Shown piece after piece: positions 44,922-53,143 of a DNA stretch of 57,992 nt. This DNA comes from a virus, in IMG/VR virus record IMGVR_UViG_3300033141_003442, one strand, 5' to 3'. The position numbers and the translations under genes are program-made. The notes under the pieces are model-generated. The model saw only the letters and a program-made list of their open reading frames with translations. It had not been told where the DNA came from and searched no databases. How positions within the stretch are numbered: the first letter of the stretch is position 1; every line of letters begins with the position of its first letter.

Positions 44922-44951
44922 ATTTTAGCATAATTAAATTTTGTTTGTCAA
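44922..44951 (-). promoter_or_regulatory. Sigma70-like promoter TTGACA-N18-TAAAAT (leftward, early)
   Basis: Plus-strand tgtcaa 44946-44951 and atttta 44922-44927. Confidence 0.45.
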
Positions 44952-45172
44952 GCCCTATTTTAAATTTCTTTGAAAACCACATTAGACAAGGCTTTGAAAA
45001 GAATTTGCACATAACTAGCCTGTAAGCTTGATTAAAACTTATATACCTTAGCCTTCAACCCTTGCTCACAATTGAAATATGACAATATATGTCAATATAT
45101 TTATTTGCTGACCTGCTTAGCTTGCTTATGTCTTCTGCTTCCTTTTATTTTGTCTTGCCTAAATAAATTAAA

Positions 45173-45235
45173 ACCATTCCTAGTCTAAAATAATTCCTAA
45201 TTTAGAACCATTCTAAACTAACACTCATTCTAAAT
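45173..45235. promoter_or_regulatory. Cluster of four ATTC(C)TAA(A/T) half-sites (operator-like) in the early control region
   Basis: aaccattcctag, aattcctaattt, gaaccattctaaac, ctcattctaaat; same half-site forms a perfect palindrome at 46142-46160. Confidence 0.45.
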
Positions 45236-45323
45236 AATATGTTTCCTTTGTTTCTGTAGAAATGATGCGTGTTTTATAAGATATGGCTGACTTAAAAAGT
45301 GTGGGAAAGGATGTCTTGCCCGC

Positions 45324-45351
45324 GTTAACCTCGTTAACTCACTTGGTTAAC
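45324..45351. promoter_or_regulatory. Three GTTAAC palindromic hexamers within 28 bp
   Basis: GTTAAC at 45324-45329, 45333-45338, 45346-45351, upstream of the HNH gene. Confidence 0.3.
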
Positions 45352-45420
45352 CAGTTTAGTCTAGTAAAATTGCCTAATTATATTGATTAAATAAGGGTTT
45401 TAGGGTATTATAATAGTATT

Positions 45421-45936
45421 ATGAAGCAAGGATATAAAGTAAAAAAGGAAGAAATTAGAGAAATTGTAAGACTTTATGTTAAAGAGCATTTGTCTTGTGG
45501 GAAGATTGCCAAAAAGATAGGAAAGATTAGCAGACAACAAGTATGGAATGTATTGAAAAGTTATGGAGTAAATACAACTAAAAAAGATAATGCAGAAGTT
45601 GAGGTTAGATGTGAGTATTGTGGCCAAGTTTTTAAACGGAAACGCTATATTTATTTGAAAAGTCATAAACATTTCTGTTCTTTATCATGTTACCACAAAT
45701 ATTTAAAATTGTCTTCTTATTTTGAGTGGAGACAAGGCCAAAGGATTGCTAGAAAAGTAATTCAATCACACTTTCCTGAAATTGATAGTTTATATCCTAA
45801 TTGGGTAGCCCATCACATTGACGGTGATTGCACTAACAATCATATTTCTAATCTTATGGCTTTTAAATGCCAAGGAGACCATATTAAATGGCATCGTTCC
45901 AAAAATAAACCTAAGCCAATTTGGCCAAAGCAATAG
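45421..45936 (+). CDS. HNH endonuclease with N-terminal HTH and Zn-finger
   Basis: HTH-like SCGKIAKKIGKISRQQVWNVL; CEYCGQ...CSLSC; HNH motif WVAHHIDGDCTNNHISNLMAFKCQGDHIKWH. Confidence 0.7.
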   Translation: MKQGYKVKKEEIREIVRLYVKEHLSCGKIAKKIGKISRQQVWNVLKSYGVNTTKKDNAEVEVRCEYCGQVFKRKRYIYLKSHKHFCSLSCYHKYLKLSSYFEWRQGQRIARKVIQSHFPEIDSLYPNWVAHHIDGDCTNNHISNLMAFKCQGDHIKWHRSKNKPKPIWPKQ

Positions 45937-46059
45937 CCTGCCTTTTTAATTCCTGTCAAACTGTGCCCATGTGCCCTATTTTACTTTGCTTTTCACAACC
46001 AGAGCATTGCCCTTATGCGTTCTAGTTTACTTTGTTGCTTGATTGCTTGGCTGTTTTTT

Positions 46060-46125
46060 TAGGCAGATGGGGGGGTAGGAAAAGGCAGGGGTGAGGGGCG
46101 TTATGAGGGGGTTATATTCCCACCT
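46060..46125. other. G-rich tract cluster followed by a C-rich partially complementary segment (potential G-quadruplex or strong hairpin)
   Basis: gatgggggggtaggaaaaggcaggggtgaggggcgttatgagggggttat then tcccacctcactctccacgcc; stands out in an AT-rich genome. Confidence 0.4.
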
Positions 46126-46141
46126 CACTCTCCACGCCATG

Positions 46142-46160
46142 ATTTAGAATAATTCTAAAT
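46142..46160. promoter_or_regulatory. Perfect 19-bp palindrome ATTTAGAAT-A-ATTCTAAAT immediately upstream of the late-operon -35
   Basis: Read directly; followed by taagaatggttc and TTGACA at 46173-46178. Confidence 0.55.
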
Positions 46161-46172
46161 TAAGAATGGTTC

Positions 46173-46201
46173 TTGACAAACAGTTACAAATGTGTTATAG
46201 G
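46173..46201 (+). promoter_or_regulatory. Candidate late promoter TTGACA-N17-TATAGG (TG at -15/-14) upstream of the capsid gene
   Basis: TTGACA 46173-46178, 17-nt spacer, TATAGG 46196-46201; capsid gene follows with a strong SD. Confidence 0.4.
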
Positions 46202-46347
46202 ATATATATCTGGCAGTATAGGAGTTCGCCACTCCGTTCTTTTATTTCTTAGTTTTCCTATTATTGGCTGTAGTAGGTTTCGCCAGCCTAAAGATAAATG
46301 GGTTTACGTGTAAACGTATAATAAATTTATATAGGAGGTAAAGAAAG

Positions 46348-47352
46348 ATGGCAGATTGGAAACCTGGGAGTTCAATGTATGCAAAGAGGTATGCCACATC
46401 TACCTTTATTGAATATAAGACTGGTATTTGGTGGGACAAGCATGGATATGTGGGGAAGGATGAGAACAATGTAATACAGTTAATAGAGGATTTCACGAGG
46501 GAACCTGGTAATAGTATGAGGTTTTATTTGACTATGGTGCCTGAAGGAGACCCGATTGTTGATGATGATACCTTAGAAGGCAACGAGATGAATATTACCA
46601 ATTACTATCAGGACGTAACGCTTCATGAGTATCGTGGTGGTATTCGTCTTTATGGTAATATGGAAGAGAAGGCGGTTGCCTTTAATATGAGGGAGACAGC
46701 GAGGAGAGTATTAGGAATTTGGAAGAGGCAGGAAACGGGTGATGCTATATTTAGTGCATTAGCCAGTTCTCCGACCAAGGTTATATATGGTGGGGATGCT
46801 ACTTCTACTTCTACTTTAGAGTCTAGTGATTTATGCAATCTTAAGCTTTTATTGCATGCTGCTACTTATGCGGAAAGTGTAGCTGACCCTCGTATTCCTC
46901 CGTTAATAATAGATGGTGAGGAGAAGTATATAGTTATTTTGCACAAGCATTGTTTATCTGATATGCAGTTATATGATAGTGATTTTCGTGCATTAGGGCA
47001 GAGTGTATATCAGAGAAATAGTGATAATCCTTTGATTAAGAGGGCTGCTTTTGTTTACAATAATCTTATTGTTTATTCTACTGATAAGATACCCACTGCT
47101 GATAATTGGGGTTCTGGCGGTGATGTTCATGGAGCTACCAATTTATTGCTTGGTGCTCAAGCAGCTCTTTTAGGTAGGGGCAAGACCAAAGGTGGAGTTA
47201 TTCCTCAATTTGATTGGAGAGAGCAGACTTGGGATTATGGGCATAAATATGGTATTGCTGTTGGTGAAACCAGAGCATTAGCCAAGACTGTTTTTAATTC
47301 CAAGGACTTTTCTACTGTAGCTATTAGGACTGCTGCTAATAGTTATGCTTAA
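46348..47352 (+). CDS. Probable major capsid protein
   Basis: 334 aa; very strong SD (TATAGGAGGTAAAGAAAG-ATG); first gene after the late promoter; size typical of capsid proteins; not verified by search. Confidence 0.45.
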   Translation: MADWKPGSSMYAKRYATSTFIEYKTGIWWDKHGYVGKDENNVIQLIEDFTREPGNSMRFYLTMVPEGDPIVDDDTLEGNEMNITNYYQDVTLHEYRGGIRLYGNMEEKAVAFNMRETARRVLGIWKRQETGDAIFSALASSPTKVIYGGDATSTSTLESSDLCNLKLLLHAATYAESVADPRIPPLIIDGEEKYIVILHKHCLSDMQLYDSDFRALGQSVYQRNSDNPLIKRAAFVYNNLIVYSTDKIPTADNWGSGGDVHGATNLLLGAQAALLGRGKTKGGVIPQFDWREQTWDYGHKYGIAVGETRALAKTVFNSKDFSTVAIRTAANSYA

Positions 47353-47369
47353 TAAACAAGGAGGATTTT

Positions 47370-47906
47370 ATGCCAAAAAGTAAATTATCCGAGGAAGAAT
47401 TGGAAAAGATTAAGGAAGAAGTAATAAAGGAAGCTTCTCCTTATTCTGAAGGTAATCTTATAATTAAGGCAAAAAAACTGCGTGAGCCAGCTCCTCCACT
47501 TGAAAAATTAGGAATAAAAGCTTCTGATGTAATTAAATGGGTTGGTCCCGTTTCAGAGGATTATCAAAATTATCCATCTATACCTGTTAAGATAAGAGGC
47601 AGGTTTGTAGATGTGGTTTTTGATAGAGTTTATAAAGGATATAAGTATTGTGCTCATGTTCCTAATGATGTTATTAAGGCTGAAATATTTTGTAAATTCT
47701 TTTTTAATCCAGCGACAGATAGGACTGAGGTAGTTGTTAATAAGGATGTAGCTTTTGTTCTTCCCAAAGCTCAGGCAAAACAAAAGATTAGGCAGTTAAA
47801 GAGCATTTTTCTTAAAAGACATCGCAATTCTCCTGAAGCTTATGATATAGCAGACCATGTGGTGACTGTAGCTGATGTTGCAGCAGCCTTAGGGGAGGGT
47901 TTGTGA
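47370..47906 (+). CDS. Hypothetical structural-module protein (178 aa)
   Basis: ORF with SD AAGGAGGA. Confidence 0.5.
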   Translation: MPKSKLSEEELEKIKEEVIKEASPYSEGNLIIKAKKLREPAPPLEKLGIKASDVIKWVGPVSEDYQNYPSIPVKIRGRFVDVVFDRVYKGYKYCAHVPNDVIKAEIFCKFFFNPATDRTEVVVNKDVAFVLPKAQAKQKIRQLKSIFLKRHRNSPEAYDIADHVVTVADVAAALGEGL

Positions 47907-48223
47907 TGGCTAGGGCTAAAAAGAAAAAGAAGGTTAAAGAAGGCCCTTTTTTACAAACGCCAAGAGCTAAAAAAAGACCTGGGAAGACAGTTGCTCCTAG
48001 TGGAATACAGGTAATTAAGCCTGTTAAAAAAGGGCAGAAGCCTATTGCTTTTAAAAAAGGAGCATTAACAAAACAGGCTGCCAAATATGGTATGACGCCT
48101 AGAGAGTTTTGCCAGAGCAAAAAAGGAGATTCTCCTTTAAAACGCAAGAGATGCACTCTTGCCTTTAAGGGAGCATTAGCTGCGGGAAGAAAAACATTAG
48201 CTGCTAAAAGGAAGAAAAAATAG
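47903..48223 (+). CDS. Highly basic Lys/Ala-rich protein (histone- or protamine-like; candidate DNA-binding internal protein)
   Basis: 106 aa with KKKKK runs throughout; no hydrophobic core; embedded in the structural module. Confidence 0.5.
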   Translation: MMARAKKKKKVKEGPFLQTPRAKKRPGKTVAPSGIQVIKPVKKGQKPIAFKKGALTKQAAKYGMTPREFCQSKKGDSPLKRKRCTLAFKGALAAGRKTLAAKRKKK

Positions 48224-48237
48224 GGGAGGTTAAGGTT

Positions 48238-48699
48238 ATGGGAATAGAAAAATATATTATCAGTCCATATGAGCCTGCTTCTGCATGGGCTGGTTTAATC
48301 TGGGTGGATACTTCTGCTACTCCTTATATAGTGAAGATGAGAAATAGCACTAATACAGCTTGGATTAATATATTTGGTAAAGCTAGAATAGTGGATAAGA
48401 CAAGTAATTACACTGTTACTAAAGAGGATTCGTTTACTGTTTTTACCAATAAAGGTGCTACCAGCACAGTTACATTTACATTGCCTGCTGCTGAAGCTGG
48501 ATTGAAATATACTTTTGTTAGAATAGCAAGCCAAGAAGTTCGTATTGACCCTAATGGAAGTGAAACTATTGCTGGTGGTAGTGCTGGTAAATATGCTATT
48601 TTGGATGCTGACTATGAAAGTATTACTGTTCAAGCTACCCAGACAGGCAAATGGGAAGTTGTGGCTTATTATGGCTGGGGAGGAACTTTTGAATCTTAA
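48238..48699 (+). CDS. Hypothetical structural-module protein (153 aa)
   Basis: ORF with SD GGGGAGG. Confidence 0.5.
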   Translation: MGIEKYIISPYEPASAWAGLIWVDTSATPYIVKMRNSTNTAWINIFGKARIVDKTSNYTVTKEDSFTVFTNKGATSTVTFTLPAAEAGLKYTFVRIASQEVRIDPNGSETIAGGSAGKYAILDADYESITVQATQTGKWEVVAYYGWGGTFES

Positions 48700-48729
48700 T
48701 TAAAATAAAAATAAAGGAGGAAATAGCAA

Positions 48730-49149
48730 ATGGCAACTGATAGTTATTTTTTAAAACATTGCAGGACAAATTTACAAGTAGGGGCAGTTGAGGGTAATTG
48801 TCTTTGTTATGTAGATACCAGTGAACATAATCTTGCCAGTGGAGATACCTGCCCAGTGCTTTATATTCCTGAGAATTGTCTTGTTAGGCGTGTTACTGTG
48901 ATAAATGTTACTGCTGAAGGTGCGGCTGCTACCCTTAAAGTAGGTGATGGTAGCGATGATGATGGTTGGGATACCGATGCTAATGTGAACTCTGCTGGAA
49001 CGATTACCATTGGTGATGGTGCTTATGCCAGTGCTAATGGGAAAATATATGCTTCAGCGGATACAATTGATGTTATTCCAAGCACTGATTTAGACCAAGC
49101 TACTTTTTGGGTAATAGCAGAATTTTTCAAACTGCCTGATAATGATTAA
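48730..49149 (+). CDS. Hypothetical structural-module protein (139 aa)
   Basis: ORF with SD AAAGGAGG. Confidence 0.5.
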   Translation: MATDSYFLKHCRTNLQVGAVEGNCLCYVDTSEHNLASGDTCPVLYIPENCLVRRVTVINVTAEGAAATLKVGDGSDDDGWDTDANVNSAGTITIGDGAYASANGKIYASADTIDVIPSTDLDQATFWVIAEFFKLPDND

Positions 49150-49155
49150 GTTTTG

Positions 49156-49216
49156 TTGGGGAATAAGGTATAAAAAGTGTTGATTTTTACCCATTAACTT
49201 CTGCCTTATTCCCCAA
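49156..49216. other. 13-bp perfect inverted repeat (TTGGGGAATAAGG ... CCTTATTCCCCAA) with 35-nt loop inside the late operon
   Basis: Arms 49156-49168 and 49204-49216, followed by TTTTAAAAT; candidate attenuator, terminator or RNA element. Confidence 0.45.
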
Positions 49217-49237
49217 TTTTAAAATAGGAGAAGTTAA

Positions 49238-49882
49238 TTGTCTCAAGTATCTACTATAATTCAATATATTGGGGATGAATTAGGGCAGGGTATAACAATA
49301 ACTTCTACTTCAAGACCTTCTACCGCAGAGATTATAAGGCGGATAAATAGAACAACCAAAACTTTTGCTAAAATTCTTGCTCAATACCAGAGTGATTTAT
49401 CTAGAGAAGAAGGCACTATAACAACTATTGCTGGCACGGCAGAATATGCTGATTTAGCAAGTGAAATGTTAACTCCAGATGACACAGCTTATTATATAGA
49501 TGGAGATAGTAAAGTTCCTATTTATAAAAAAAATTACCAAGAAATTCTTTATTTACCAACTGATTCTGCTGCACCTTATTACTTTTATGTAACTAAAAAC
49601 AATCATATAGGATTTTATCCTACTCCAGATGATACTTATACAATAAAAGTGCCGTATTGGCATATTGGAAAAGAAGTTTCAAGTGAGAATGATGATATGC
49701 CATTTAAAGGAATGTTAGATGATATTTATGTGGAAGCTATTGTAAGACGGCTTTTGAATAGAGATGAATTTAATGTTGATTTTGAAAGTAAATGGTTACA
49801 GTTTGTAACTATGAATATATTAAGCACACTTAACTTAAGGAGAGAAAATTTAACACAATTAGGGAAGAATGACTACTTATGA
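49238..49882 (+). CDS. Hypothetical structural protein (214 aa, TTG start)
   Basis: ORF with SD GGAGAAG before TTG. Confidence 0.45.
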   Translation: MSQVSTIIQYIGDELGQGITITSTSRPSTAEIIRRINRTTKTFAKILAQYQSDLSREEGTITTIAGTAEYADLASEMLTPDDTAYYIDGDSKVPIYKKNYQEILYLPTDSAAPYYFYVTKNNHIGFYPTPDDTYTIKVPYWHIGKEVSSENDDMPFKGMLDDIYVEAIVRRLLNRDEFNVDFESKWLQFVTMNILSTLNLRRENLTQLGKNDYL

Positions 49883-51483
49883 GCATACGGTCTTCTAAAC
49901 ATCAAGGACAAACATATATATTTATTAAAAAATTTAAAGGAGTAAATATTGCCAATAGTCCTTGGTATGTAAGTGAAGAAGATGTTGGTTCTCTTTCAGT
50001 AGGAACTAATGTTATTTTTGATAGAAATGGGGTTTTAAGAACTCGCTACGGTTTAACTCAAAAAACTTCCACTGCTTTATCAAATCCGATAGATTGTATT
50101 CATTATTTTATATATGATAAAGTAAATAATAAAAAACAATATTTAGTTACTTCAGGACATAAATTATATAAAGTCGTTCAAGGCACTACAGATTGGTCAT
50201 TTACTTCAATAGGAAATTTAACAGGAACTAATCGCCCTACTATATTTTCTTCAGAAGCTTTATTTAATGGCAAAGCTATTATAGCTTCTGGAGGTAAATT
50301 ACAATCTTATGATTATACTAATTTAGAGACTATAACAGGTGTGAGTTTACCAGAGTTTACCAGTGGTGATGGAACGCTGGACGATTTAAGTGCTCAGGGA
50401 ACTTATACAGGCTCTGCTGATTATACAGATTATGTAGTTAAAATAGATGCTAAGGGTAGTCCTGATACTTTTAAATGGTCTGATGATGGTGGTGATACTT
50501 GGGAAGCTACAGGAGTAAGTATTACTGGTGATTGGCAGGATTTAAATAATGGTATTCAAATTAAATTTGATAACACTACTGGGCATGAAGTAGATGATTA
50601 TTGGACTTTTAGGGCTTATTACGCTCCTAAAGCAAAATGGGTAATAATGCAAACAGCCTCTTTAATTGTTTCTGGAGATTCAAATAATCCAAGTTATGTA
50701 TATGCCAGTGGAGTAGGAGATGAAACAGGATGGTATACAGATAATCCAGTTAACTGGGCAAAGCGTATAGATACAGGAAATGTTATTGGATTAACTTCAG
50801 TTGGTGATTATGTTATTGCTTTTTGCCGAGACCCAGAAGAAATAAATTTATTAGATTTTATTGATTGTAAATTACGCCAGTTAGTTAAAGGTGTATCTGC
50901 AATAAATCATTATTCTATTGTTACTATTGGCTCGTTTGTTTTTATTATTGATAATGATGGAATAAAACAAATTGCTTTAGGACGGTCAACAGGTAAAGGT
51001 AGATTAAGTGACCCTATAGGAGAAAATTTTGTTTCTCCAGATGAAGACCATGCTTTTGCTTTTTATTATCCTCCACATGCCCAATTATGGTTTATTTTTG
51101 AAAACTCAAATTATGCTTGGTGTTATCATGTTATACATAAAGCTTGGACTAAATTAGTTTTCCCAATTACTATAACATCAGCTTATTACAATCCAGATGC
51201 CCAAGAGCTTATTTTAGGTGGGAATGATGGGCATCTTTATTTATATGACCCTGATAATTTTATAGAAAGTTTTGATGTAGAAATAATTACCAAATTCTTT
51301 GAAGCAGACCCTCTTAATGAGGCTTTATATGATGTATTGGAATATACATTTGAAAAATTAAGACCAGGAACTATTACAGCTTATGCTGTTGATGAATTAG
51401 AAAATGAAACTGAAATCGGCTCTACTACATTTGGTGGTTATGGTAGAGGAACTTATGGAAGTAGTAATTATGGAGAAGGATAG
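49879..51483 (+). CDS. Hypothetical tail/baseplate-like structural protein (534 aa)
   Basis: Long ORF with start/stop overlap to neighbours; Gly/Thr/Ser-rich. Confidence 0.5.
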   Translation: MSIRSSKHQGQTYIFIKKFKGVNIANSPWYVSEEDVGSLSVGTNVIFDRNGVLRTRYGLTQKTSTALSNPIDCIHYFIYDKVNNKKQYLVTSGHKLYKVVQGTTDWSFTSIGNLTGTNRPTIFSSEALFNGKAIIASGGKLQSYDYTNLETITGVSLPEFTSGDGTLDDLSAQGTYTGSADYTDYVVKIDAKGSPDTFKWSDDGGDTWEATGVSITGDWQDLNNGIQIKFDNTTGHEVDDYWTFRAYYAPKAKWVIMQTASLIVSGDSNNPSYVYASGVGDETGWYTDNPVNWAKRIDTGNVIGLTSVGDYVIAFCRDPEEINLLDFIDCKLRQLVKGVSAINHYSIVTIGSFVFIIDNDGIKQIALGRSTGKGRLSDPIGENFVSPDEDHAFAFYYPPHAQLWFIFENSNYAWCYHVIHKAWTKLVFPITITSAYYNPDAQELILGGNDGHLYLYDPDNFIESFDVEIITKFFEADPLNEALYDVLEYTFEKLRPGTITAYAVDELENETEIGSTTFGGYGRGTYGSSNYGEG

Positions 51484-51498
51484 TTAGGAGGTTTAAAT

Positions 51499-53004
51499 AT
51501 GGCAAGGTTACCAGTAATTGGTCAAGATGAAGATAGCTGGGGTGGTATTTTAAATGAGTTTTTACAAGTAGGACATTATGAAGATGGAACATTAAAGAGT
51601 GGATTAGGAGCATATTCAGCAATTGTTTATATTGATGGTAGTTCTGTAATTGCAAGGGATTATAAAGGCGATTTGATTGCTTCAGGCACAGCAGGCACAG
51701 ATGATTACTCTGTATTACAGGCTGCTATAAACAATCAATCAGGTCTAATCAAAGTTATAAGTGATTTGACTTTGACTAATAAAGTAGAACCTGCAAGCAA
51801 TATAATTTTAGATTTCCGTGGGCAGACTATAAAATCTGCCTTTACTAATGCCATCATTCAAAAAACAACTACGGGTAATGATATTACTATAATTGGAGGG
51901 ATTTTTGATTCTCAAAACAGCTATGCCACTCCAATTGCCTTTTACAATATAACTAATTTGAGAATAATTGATGTAGAGGTTAAAGATGTCAATGTTACAG
52001 ATGGTGGATATGGGATATACATTGAGGATTGTGATTATGTTTGGATAATAAATCCAAAAATCTCAAATATAACTTCAAGAGATGGATTACAATTCAAGGG
52101 CGTGCATAATGGTTGGATTATCAATCCTTATGTGAATTCGGCTTCTATTTATGGGATTGATTGCCATGCTTCCACAACTCCAAGATATTGTGAGGATATT
52201 TATATTGTTAATCCTAAAGTTTATAACTCTCAGAATGGAATTCATCTTGCTGATACATCCTTTCATTTAATTAATCCCCGAATTACTGGGTCATCTGCTA
52301 ATGGATTGACCATTGATGGTGATGGAACTGTAGTATATATAATTTCTCCTTACATTTATAATTCGGGTCAAAATGGTATTAATACTTACGATGCTACTAG
52401 TATAAGCTTTCTTCAGGTGATAGGTGGTGAAATAGATACGACGGGAGCAGATAAGGATGGAATGTATCTTAAGAACATAACTAAGACAAAAATTGAGAAT
52501 ATTTTTATTCATAATGCAGGAAGATATGGAGTGAATGTTCAGAGTGATAATATTGATATTAGTTTTGCTGAAATAAAAGATTGTGGTAATCATGGTATTT
52601 TCATTGGAGGAAAAAGTCATACTCGTATAATCAACAATGTCATTAAAAATAATGGAGGATATGGCATTCTTGAATACACTGGTAGCGATAATAATGTGAT
52701 AGAATTGAATGAATTTAGCGGTAATACTTCTGGTGCTGTTTCTAAGGTTGGCAGTAATACTAAAGTGCAAAATAATATTGGTTATGTTACCGAAAATGAA
52801 AGTTCAGCTACAATCACTAATGGCAATACCTCTGTAACGGTAAATCATGGCCTTGTTGATACTCCTACTAATATTCAGTTGACTGGCACTCATAGCGAAG
52901 TAAAAGATGCTTATGTTACAAACCCGGGTGCTACGAGTTTTGATATTACTGTAGATGCTGCAGTAACAGCAGACAGAACAGTTTATTGGAAAGCTAAGGT
53001 ATGA
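51499..53004 (+). CDS. Tailspike / tail fibre with right-handed beta-helix (pectate-lyase-like) repeats
   Basis: Recurrent beta-helix motifs (GGYGIYIED, NGIHLAD, NGLTIDG, NGINTYD, GRYGVNVQ, NHGIFIGG, GGYGILEYTG). Confidence 0.6.
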   Translation: MARLPVIGQDEDSWGGILNEFLQVGHYEDGTLKSGLGAYSAIVYIDGSSVIARDYKGDLIASGTAGTDDYSVLQAAINNQSGLIKVISDLTLTNKVEPASNIILDFRGQTIKSAFTNAIIQKTTTGNDITIIGGIFDSQNSYATPIAFYNITNLRIIDVEVKDVNVTDGGYGIYIEDCDYVWIINPKISNITSRDGLQFKGVHNGWIINPYVNSASIYGIDCHASTTPRYCEDIYIVNPKVYNSQNGIHLADTSFHLINPRITGSSANGLTIDGDGTVVYIISPYIYNSGQNGINTYDATSISFLQVIGGEIDTTGADKDGMYLKNITKTKIENIFIHNAGRYGVNVQSDNIDISFAEIKDCGNHGIFIGGKSHTRIINNVIKNNGGYGILEYTGSDNNVIELNEFSGNTSGAVSKVGSNTKVQNNIGYVTENESSATITNGNTSVTVNHGLVDTPTNIQLTGTHSEVKDAYVTNPGATSFDITVDAAVTADRTVYWKAKV

Positions 53005-53143
53005 AATTAACAAGATGGAGAATATTTCCACCTACTTTATTAAGAGATAGAAGTTATAAATTTAAAATAACCAGTAGTGGAATTATGTTTAAATTATATT
53101 CTTTAAGTATAAGTATTAAAACAGTTAAAAAGGTAGGAAATTA

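Noticed and set aside
45400-45672. 90-aa minus-strand ORF overlapping the HNH gene start
   Set aside because: Antisense to the HTH-HNH CDS; low-complexity hydrophobic composition.
52291-52770. 159-aa minus-strand ORF inside the tailspike gene
   Set aside because: Antisense to a well-supported beta-helix CDS; low-complexity I/N/S-rich.
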